A DNA stretch of 32,000 nt from Haloquadratum walsbyi C23 (GTDB taxonomy: Archaea > Halobacteriota > Halobacteria > Halobacteriales > Haloferacaceae), in the NCBI RefSeq assembly GCF_000237865.1, contig NC_017459.1:3116034-3148033 (forward strand), read 5' to 3'. A model generated the notes under the pieces. The model saw only the letters and a program-made list of their open reading frames with translations. It searched no databases and had not been told where the DNA came from. This document shows positions 25,651-32,000 of the stretch, one piece after another; the first letter of the stretch is position 1; every line of letters begins with the position of its first letter. Both the position numbers and the translations under genes were made by a program.

Positions 25651-26617
25651 TCCGGGTCAACCTCCACGAAGTGCGTGCCTTCACGCTTGCACTTGTGTTC
25701 AAACAGTGTGGTGAATGTGTCCCACGCTGCCGAAACTGTGTTCTGACTATTCCCAGCAGACTCCAGCATCGATTTCACATCCAAATCCTCGATAGCCACC
25801 AAGTCGTACTCGGTAGCGTAGTAATTGGAGAGTTTGTGCAGGAAGTCGTGGCGCTTCCGCTTGACTCGCTGGTGGCACTCAGCCACCCTCAACCGTTGTT
25901 TCTCCCAGTTGTTCGACCCCTGTTCCTGTTGTTTCCGTGAGAGCGACCTCTGTTCGCGCTTGAGTCGCTCTTGTTCGCCTCTCAGGTCAACTGAGCCAAC
26001 CGCACGCCCACCCATGTCGTGAGCGTACTTGAGGATGCCAAGGTCAATGCCGATACAGCGGTTGGGGTTGTCTGGTTTCTTCGGTTCTTTTTTGCCTTCG
26101 ACAGCGAAGGAGGCGCACCACTCATCAGTCCGTTCTTTCTTGATATAGACCTCTTTGACAGTGACATCCTCGGGAAAATCATGGTGAACAGTAATAGGAA
26201 TATCAGCAATTTTCGAGAGTGAGAGGACGGTCTGACCGTTCTTCTTGTCGAACTCGAAGCCAGACTGTACATACGTGAAAATCTGAAACTCGCTTGGTGA
26301 TTTCCAATTGAGACTCCCGACGTTGTACCCGTTCTGTTTGAGTCCTGAGAAAGCTTTGATACTCTTTTCAATGCGCATCACAGTGGTTACGACACCGTAG
26401 AGTACAGGTCGTTGAGGTCGGTCCACCAGTCCTTGAGGTCAGTGAGTTGGTCGCGGACTTGGCGCACTCGTTGGTTGAGCGTTCCCACTGATTTGGCGAT
26501 TTTGTTGAACTTGGTAAGCGCGTTGTTGTATAATTTCCGACAGGTATCACGGTGATAGTCCAGTGTCTCTCGCTGGGCTTCGGTCGGGTGCAGTCGATAC
26601 CTGTAGGCGTAATGCAT
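25507..26617 (-). pseudogene. tnpB: tnpB (IS1341-type RNA-guided nuclease/transposase accessory gene) disrupted by at least three frameshifts
   Basis: The N-terminal piece is 26387-26617 (MHYAYRYRLHPTEAQ...). The main piece is 25590-26426, with the RuvC motifs GIDLG and VAIEDL. After EDT the sequence continues in another frame as KECASCGVKTDKSLCVRDHTCPV. It then continues in a third frame as CGFEADRDVNAAINMLSRGFKK with a stop at 25507-25509. Confidence 0.9.
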
Positions 26618-26620
26618 GGA

Positions 26621-26770
26621 TTACTCGTTGGGTTCTGATGTTCGGACGTTTTGGACATTTTTCACGTCTGCGTCTCGCCAGTTTTTCGGAACGAGGACGT
26701 GTGCGCCGTTGCCGGTGGCTTTTATTTCGCCTTTGATGACTTCGTGATCTTCAATTTCATGTCTATCCAT
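26621..26770 (-). CDS. DUF2080-like small transposase-associated protein (AbrB/SpoVT-like)
   Basis: 49 codons, below the track cutoff: MDRHEIEDHEVIKGEIKATGNGAHVLVPKNWRDADVKNVQNVRTSEPNE. The stop is 3 nt before the tnpB ATG. The K.TGNG..V.VPK.WR pattern matches my recollection of the DUF2080 family found upstream of haloarchaeal tnpB genes. Confidence 0.7.
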   Translation of the reverse strand: MDRHEIEDHEVIKGEIKATGNGAHVLVPKNWRDADVKNVQNVRTSEPNE

Positions 26771-26878
26771 TACTAATCATATTTATATTATGATATGTTA
26801 ATAGAGATGAATCGATATCGGCTTACAATCGATACCGGAGAATGCTTCAGCAGTTGGCGGAAATAATTTTAGTATGAT

Positions 26879-27559
26879 TCACGGCGCGACACCTACTGTG
26901 AGGAGTGTACCCCACGTCCGGTAGCGGTCGATCATTGCCTCGCGAGTCTCCCAGTCTTCTATTGGAAAATCATCAGCTGGCGGTATTTCAGTTTCCTCAT
27001 CGGGTATTGTGTCCTGTTCGGCAATGTATAGTCCAGCTTCACGAAACTTCTCTCGGTATTGTGTCTGATCCCATAATTGCATATCGACGCTGATTCTATC
27101 CTGCCACCTGTGTGTGTGTTGTGATTCATCAAAGAAATTGACTGCACAGAAGAATTTCCCACCACTTCGGAGTACTCGCCGAATTTCAGTAAGTACCTGA
27201 AGCGGGTCCTGAGAATAATAGAAGGCTTCCATACTCCAGATGTGATCAATAGCTCCATCAGCGAATGGAAGTTGATGAAAATCCCCCTCAATGAATGATA
27301 ATAGCGAGTCAGTCGTATATTCTCGTGCATTCTGTACCATTTTTGGACTTCCATCGAGACCGACACTCATTCCGATATCCTGTGTTTCCCGAAGAGCACG
27401 CAGGGCATATCCTGACCCTGTTCCAAGGTCGAGAATGGTTTCCCCATCCTCAATGGGCATGCGTGATAATGCATATTTTGCCGTGTGCCAATGTCGCTCT
27501 TCCATTCCGCGGTCCCTTCCTGTATTTGCCCATTGGTCGAACTCCTGTCGGACACTCAT
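26879..27559 (-). CDS. Class I SAM-dependent methyltransferase
   Basis: 226 aa with motif I ILDLGTGSGYA, post-I GLDGS, and Methyltransf_11-like spacing (FADGAIDHIWS). Confidence 0.85.
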   Translation of the reverse strand: MSVRQEFDQWANTGRDRGMEERHWHTAKYALSRMPIEDGETILDLGTGSGYALRALRETQDIGMSVGLDGSPKMVQNAREYTTDSLLSFIEGDFHQLPFADGAIDHIWSMEAFYYSQDPLQVLTEIRRVLRSGGKFFCAVNFFDESQHTHRWQDRISVDMQLWDQTQYREKFREAGLYIAEQDTIPDEETEIPPADDFPIEDWETREAMIDRYRTWGTLLTVGVAP

Positions 27560-27743
27560 TATTGATATTTATTCCTATTTCTGTAAGGTGGTGTCGGTTT
27601 AGACATATGTTCTTAGTAACAATCTCTACGATAATTGAGTCTGACTACTATAGCTTAATTGATAATAAAATGTAATGATCGAACAGTAGTATTTATGCAA
27701 ATGACTCCAGTGAAATTAAGTCAGCAGAATCAATGCTACAGGT

Positions 27744-28322
27744 ATGGAGTATGGTCTCGCTATCGAGAGTGCGCCAGAATCAATTCCTGCTGGAACTGGA
27801 GTATTATTATTACATCCGAGTATTGGTGAAACTGACCGGATTGATACAGACTTTTTGAAAACAGATACTGATAATTTCTTGGTCATTTCAACGCGGACGA
27901 CAGCTCGGGAGGTTAATCAGAAACTCGAATACTACGATGTCGATGAGTCACGAGCCGTCATTCTTGATGCGCTCTCAGTTGAGCGAGGGTACTCACGGCG
28001 GGAATCAGACCGTGTTCATTATATTTCAGCACCTGATGATCTTGATGGAATCGTTGATCGGACAGACGAATTCTTAACTAAATATGATGGAAAATGCCGG
28101 ATAAGTCTTGATTCAGTGACTGAATTGGCGTATTACGCTGATGTTGACGGTGCGTATGAGGCGACTGATAAATTGCTGAAGCTGCTTGTTGAAAATGACG
28201 CAGTCGGGCTTTTCCATCTTTCAAAGGAGGTTCATGAGACAGCAACGATTGAACGCTTCCGTAATCGATTTGATGCTGTTGTTGAACTTGGTGTTGATGG
28301 AAATGTCACTGTTGATTTCTGA
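27744..28322 (+). CDS. Haloarchaeal hypothetical protein; possible KaiC/RecA-fold protein lacking a Walker A P-loop
   Basis: 192 aa and acidic. The strand/helix pattern VLLLHPSIGETD ... FLVIS ... VILDALS ... ISLDSVTELAYY ... GLFHL ... FDAVVEL resembles KaiC/FlaH-type RecA-like domains. However, the GxxGxGKT position reads HPSIGETD. Confidence 0.4.
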   Translation: MEYGLAIESAPESIPAGTGVLLLHPSIGETDRIDTDFLKTDTDNFLVISTRTTAREVNQKLEYYDVDESRAVILDALSVERGYSRRESDRVHYISAPDDLDGIVDRTDEFLTKYDGKCRISLDSVTELAYYADVDGAYEATDKLLKLLVENDAVGLFHLSKEVHETATIERFRNRFDAVVELGVDGNVTVDF

Positions 28323-28514
28323 GTAAATGATCCACAGCTAATATTTCCGACAGATATCTTTTGATTGCAAACTCATCATTACCGTAGTTAGTCAAAAACT
28401 CAAAATATATTAACAGTATATATGAATGACACATTACTCATATCTGATGATTTGGGTAAATGAGGGACATATGACTGCGGTTGTGGTATTCATTATTCAT
28501 TTGAATTGAATCAA

Positions 28515-29312
28515 TTAATCCAGACTTTCACTCTCATCAAGCTTTTCGAACGTCTTTCGTCCCCATCGAACAGCATATTCAGCATCATACTCAAGAAATG
28601 CCTGAGTATCCAGCGCGGTGAATGGTGTTGGAAGTTCAAGATCATGTTTAATTGCTGAGCATGCATATTCAGTTGCATCAGCAAATCCTGTTTCACCCCG
28701 AGCAACGGCACCTGGGAGTTCCTCAAGTCGATCATTAAGTCGATTACCCGCATCATGCCATGCGGTATATAATTCTGGGTGTGTCTCATCCAAAGAATTG
28801 AACGTTGGTCGTGTTTGCAACCCGACCCATGCGTCATATAATGCAACCGCAAGTTGATACACCTCTGCTGGTCCAAGTGGAACAGCTGAATCTAATTCAG
28901 TGTACGCTGATTCGAAAAATGGGAGGAAATGCTCAGGAACGCCAGTATCGATTTGAACAATTGCCTCTGCAATAAGAAATTCAAGAAATTGTGTTGGTGT
29001 TCCTGCCGCCCGTTGTTTAATCAATATTGTTGGAGGGGTTGTTTGACGGGTCCATGTAACAGTACCATCACCAGGCATACCGATTGTGAATTCTGATCCA
29101 GCATATTGTATGAGTGGTGATGGAGCATCTGATGGAAGCCAATCTGTTGGGTAACTGGAAGGGGTAACACTCTCAACGAATATTCCAAGTCCTTCTGCTA
29201 TTGCTGGTGGAATTGTCTCAAAGTCCGATTCAACATCAAGGATAATCGCGTTAGGAGCATACGCGTCTTTAATTGCTGCAACAGGGGATGAGAGTTCTCG
29301 GTGGTCGAACAT
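28515..29312 (-). CDS. Conserved-looking acidic hypothetical protein, function unknown
   Basis: 265-aa ORF with halophile-like acidic composition. No competing ORF is present and I recognise no catalytic motif. Confidence 0.65.
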   Translation of the reverse strand: MFDHRELSSPVAAIKDAYAPNAIILDVESDFETIPPAIAEGLGIFVESVTPSSYPTDWLPSDAPSPLIQYAGSEFTIGMPGDGTVTWTRQTTPPTILIKQRAAGTPTQFLEFLIAEAIVQIDTGVPEHFLPFFESAYTELDSAVPLGPAEVYQLAVALYDAWVGLQTRPTFNSLDETHPELYTAWHDAGNRLNDRLEELPGAVARGETGFADATEYACSAIKHDLELPTPFTALDTQAFLEYDAEYAVRWGRKTFEKLDESESLD

Positions 29313-29491
29313 ATCCTGTGTTTGTGGTCCGGGGTCTTCAGCATCCGGATTATCGACACAAGATAAAGAACATATGAGAAATCAATCGAAACTAGCGAAG
29401 ATTTGTGCATGAACATATCAAAGATATTGATAGAAATAGGGAGTGTATATATACTCGAAGTGAATCGAAATATCATTTCACTAATAATTGC

Positions 29492-29581
29492 CTAGCCAAA
29501 AGCAATAACGAATATCAGAAAAATCGTCAGAGCAGCCGATATGCTAATCGTTCCAAGAACAATCTTTGTTGCGCGACTCAT
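29492..29581 (-). CDS. Candidate 29-aa single-pass membrane micro-protein; speculative
   Basis: ATG at 29581 to TAG at 29492-29494 gives MSRATKIVLGTISISAALTIFLIFVIAFG, a positively charged N-terminus followed by one hydrophobic helix. It lies co-directionally between oapC and the 28515-29312 gene. Confidence 0.2.
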   Translation of the reverse strand: MSRATKIVLGTISISAALTIFLIFVIAFG

Positions 29582-29685
29582 GCTCGGCTGAACTCAGTCA
29601 TTATTCTTAAATGCTTCAATATCGCTCGCCAAGAGATAACTACTGAATCATATTCCAGAGATTAATTACTCTGTCTACAAGCGAA

Positions 29686-30633
29686 TTAATTTGTGTTGTC
29701 CGATAATTCACGACCGGCATTAGGGACTTCAATGACATATCGTCCGTCTTCTTGTAATGAGATAATATACTCCGAGCGGTCATACAATTCCATCAGATTG
29801 AGTTCGTACTGCCCTGGTGCGACAATGCGGATACTCTCGAACTGCTGATTTAATTCAGTTCGAAGGTCATCGAGACCTGGATCATCAGTATCAGTCGATG
29901 ATTCAGAGGATGATTGAGAATCGCCTGTGGACGTCTGAGAGTGATCTTTCGAGGATGAGTCTAATGACTCCGAGTGTGATTGAACCTCTTGTTGTGGGTG
30001 CCCTTCGGCGTCTGAGGATGCCCCCATGGCTGCAAGCTCTTCAGGTGAAATAATATCTCCCCGAGCGCTTGCCTGTGCGTTATTTTCATCATCTTTCTCA
30101 GAGGGATTATGTAATTTTGAATCTTCAGCCGAAGTTGTGGTGTCCGATGTGGGATTATCAATATGGTGAGGAGTACTAATCGGATCGGTGTTATCGTCAT
30201 TTTCCTCATTACCTTGATTTGGATCAGCATGTGGCCATGGGTCAAACTGAGAGTCTGAATCTGATTGATTGGTATGCTCGTTATCCGTGGATGTATTCGT
30301 GGTGTGTTTGTGCTCTGGACTTGACCCAGCACCTACGCCATCATACTCTGTCGTGTCTGGTTTTGGAACTGGATCACTGTTAGATCGTGAAGGTTGAGTA
30401 TTCGTGTTGATTTTGGACTCATTTTGATGATTCGCTGCTGAGTGCGTATCTGATTGTGGTTGTGAGTCACGGTCAGGGTCGGACCGTTGGGGGTCAGATT
30501 GCATTCCAGATTCAGATTCCTGTGATGATGGGCGAAACTGGAACTTATTTCCGCCGCAGTCCGGACACCCAGAGAGCATTTGTTTGGATCCATCAGGGAA
30601 CACGCGACCGCAGTTTGTACATTCGTGTGGCAT
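29686..30633 (-). CDS. oapC: Zn-ribbon protein of the origin-associated oap operon (DUF2072-like), with a long low-complexity insert
   Basis: It has an N-terminal CxxC-N15-CxxC ribbon (CTNCGRVFPDGSKQMLSGCPDCGG). It has a conserved-looking C-terminal domain (FESIRIVAPGQYELNLMELYDRSEYIISLQEDGRYVIEV). It sits downstream of oapA-oapB. Confidence 0.75.
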   Translation of the reverse strand: MPHECTNCGRVFPDGSKQMLSGCPDCGGNKFQFRPSSQESESGMQSDPQRSDPDRDSQPQSDTHSAANHQNESKINTNTQPSRSNSDPVPKPDTTEYDGVGAGSSPEHKHTTNTSTDNEHTNQSDSDSQFDPWPHADPNQGNEENDDNTDPISTPHHIDNPTSDTTTSAEDSKLHNPSEKDDENNAQASARGDIISPEELAAMGASSDAEGHPQQEVQSHSESLDSSSKDHSQTSTGDSQSSSESSTDTDDPGLDDLRTELNQQFESIRIVAPGQYELNLMELYDRSEYIISLQEDGRYVIEVPNAGRELSDNTN

Positions 30634-30726
30634 TTAATTAGTGGTGTCCGTATGATAGTCGTTGTATGATGTAGTGTGACGTAATATGTGATTATTTTTA
30701 CGTTGAGCCTTTTCTCTCACGGTGGA

Positions 30727-31137
30727 TTATTTATGTGAAATAAACGCACTAATGAGGTTTTCATCCTTATGAAGTGTCTCAATCTGGTCTGCTGGTCCGA
30801 TGACTGTGAGTTTCTGCGGAGATTCACCTCCAATTAGTCGTCCAAAGAGACTGGTATTGTTAGCAGTTGATTGTGGGTATGTTTCAATTTCGATACCGTT
30901 GAATTCATCAGGGCTGATTTCGGTCATTGTTACTTCAATAAGACGAGATTCCTCATCTGGCGAGAGTCCCTCTTCAAGAATAACGATATTACCCTCACGA
31001 ACACCATCAAGAATTAATCGAATCTTCTCCATGGTCGCGAGATCTTCCATTCGAGATCCACTGATCATATCAATCTGAACGCCATCAATATGTGGGTCCT
31101 CAGTTTCATCAGGTGTTACTTCTGGCATTGCATTCAC
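30727..31137 (-). CDS. oapB: DUF2073-like protein of the oap operon
   Basis: 136 aa (KIRLILDGVREGNIVILEEGLSPDEESRLIEVTM...). It overlaps the oapA stop by 4 nt (ATGA). Confidence 0.75.
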   Translation of the reverse strand: MNAMPEVTPDETEDPHIDGVQIDMISGSRMEDLATMEKIRLILDGVREGNIVILEEGLSPDEESRLIEVTMTEISPDEFNGIEIETYPQSTANNTSLFGRLIGGESPQKLTVIGPADQIETLHKDENLISAFISHK

Positions 31138-31775
31138 CCAAAGTACTCCGCAATTTTGCCGTATACCTCATCCATGTTCGTTCCTTCAAGTGCTGACAGT
31201 GGCACAGTTTCATGTTGTGGGAACGCGTTCGATATTTGTTGGACGTTTGATGCTGTGAGATCAGTCTTATTTGCAAATATAAGCACTGGGAGGTCTTGAC
31301 TCTCAATTATTCCGATAAGCATTGTGTTCACCTGTGTAAATGGATCTTGCGTACTATCAAGAACATATATAACACCATCAACATCTTCTCGGAGCCAGTG
31401 CATTGCCTCAGCAACTCCCTCTGTCGCTTCACGAGAGCGCCGGACAGCATCATCTTTCTCCATATCATGTTCCAGAAACTCCTTATAGTCGACTTTAGTT
31501 GTGACACCAGGCGTATCAACGATATCAATGTTGACTGTCTTGCCGTCTCGGCTAATCTCAACATTCTCTTTTCGTCGTGCGCGACGCGTCTCATGTGGGA
31601 TTTGACTCTCAGGACCCACTGCGTCACCAGTCCAATCACGGGCAATTCGGTTTGCGAGCGTCGTTTTCCCAGCGTTTGGTGGACCATAAATACCGATCCG
31701 TTTCGGGTCTGAATCCGAAAAGAGCCGGTCGACGACCCGTACAATATTTTTACGTAGATTTGTAATTAATCCCAT
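31134..31775 (-). CDS. oapA: Small GTPase (Arf/Sar/SR-beta-like) of the oap operon
   Basis: 213 aa with G1 GPPNAGKT, G3 DTPG and G4 NKTD. Confidence 0.85.
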   Translation of the reverse strand: MGLITNLRKNIVRVVDRLFSDSDPKRIGIYGPPNAGKTTLANRIARDWTGDAVGPESQIPHETRRARRKENVEISRDGKTVNIDIVDTPGVTTKVDYKEFLEHDMEKDDAVRRSREATEGVAEAMHWLREDVDGVIYVLDSTQDPFTQVNTMLIGIIESQDLPVLIFANKTDLTASNVQQISNAFPQHETVPLSALEGTNMDEVYGKIAEYFG

Positions 31776-32000
31776 CCTGTCCTCCCACGCCTCTTGAGTG
31801 GTACCAACTGTCCCGAAGTGGCGTATGGCGGTATCACGTTGTTGTGGTCACTTAAAACCGCGTCAGACATCAACATATAATATGACATCTAAGGATTCCC
31901 CGCTCAAAATTATATCTAGCATCTGGCATCTTAGGTCTAGCCTTGATGAATATAGTGGATAGCACTATTGCACTTGTTTTTACAGGTAATTGATATTAAC

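Larger units (their letters stand above)
25351..26860 (-). mobile_element. IS1341-type (IS200/IS605 family) element without tnpA: DUF2080-like ORF plus frameshifted tnpB; boundaries approximate
   Basis: The gene content is described in the two entries below. The element must lie within 25326-26878, because it is wedged between the stop codons of two convergent host genes. It also looks GC-richer than its surroundings by eye; I did not compute this. Confidence 0.8.

Noticed and set aside
1711-31744. Dozens of 60-155-aa ORFs in the track lie antisense to, or out of frame within, well-supported genes. Examples are 1711-1917(-), 3372-3761(-), 8678-9088(-), 9228-9674(-), 16643-17098(-), 18361-18771(+), 20670-21125(+), 21826-22293(-), 25584-25940(+), 29961-30332(-), 31296-31712(+) and 31328-31744(-).
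   Set aside because: They are shadow ORFs. Each is embedded in a gene with clear family motifs. Their translations are basic or rich in Cys/Ser/Arg/His rather than acidic like genuine proteins here, and none carries a recognisable motif.
1-32000. CRISPR arrays, tRNA genes and rRNA genes.
   Set aside because: No series of 25-40-bp direct repeats with regular unique spacers was seen. No T-loop (GGTTCGAATCC-like) with an acceptor-stem context lies outside coding sequence, and there are no rRNA-like conserved blocks. This was a visual scan only, so tRNAscan/Infernal would confirm it.
31776-32000. Calling specific ORB (origin recognition box) elements or a DUE in the last 225 bp.
   Set aside because: Only short, weak matches are present (three AGTGG pentamers, one GGGGAATCC on the minus strand). 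Nothing resembles a full ORB with G-string from what I remember of haloarchaeal consensus sequences. The origin hypothesis rests on the oapABC context, not on these motifs.

Overview
This is a haloarchaeal chromosomal segment. The proteins are strongly acidic, GC is only moderate, and the intergenic spacers are long and AT-rich. That fits a Haloquadratum-like genome, but this is inference only. The left third (1.3-10.9 kb) is a complete LysW-carrier arginine biosynthesis cluster: argG-argH, then lysW-argX-argC-argB-argD-argE with overlapping stop/start codons, then argF. Housekeeping and accessory genes follow: an XPD/Rad3-type helicase, a cytochrome P450, a 2H-phosphoesterase, a tauE-usp operon, uvrB, a small acidic protein, a rubrerythrin-like protein, a SpoIIM/DUF95 membrane protein and two divergent rhodanese sulfurtransferases. 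Between two convergent genes (25.3-26.9 kb) sits an IS1341-type (IS200/IS605 family) element without tnpA. Its tnpB is broken by at least three frameshifts, but an intact 49-codon DUF2080-like ORF and hairpin-rich right-end DNA (omega-RNA position) remain. The right end (26.9-31.8 kb, all but one gene on the minus strand) carries a SAM methyltransferase, a P-loop-less KaiC/RecA-like protein, a conserved hypothetical and the oapC-oapB-oapA operon. In Haloferax that operon flanks the main replication origin, so the window probably stops just inside an oriC region. The most unusual signal is not in the ORF track. It is a 28-codon mini-ORF (1081-1167) with five consecutive Arg codons, whose stop codon is embedded in a hairpin+T5 element, with a second hairpin+T5 before argG. 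I flag it as a candidate arginine leader-peptide/attenuator-like element, with explicit caveats. Other points worth a second look are a LysW lacking all four zinc-ligand cysteines, the uncharacterised DUF2080 partner of TnpB, a G-tract pentanucleotide repeat at the IS right end, and several short palindromes and repeats. I found no rRNA, tRNA or CRISPR array.
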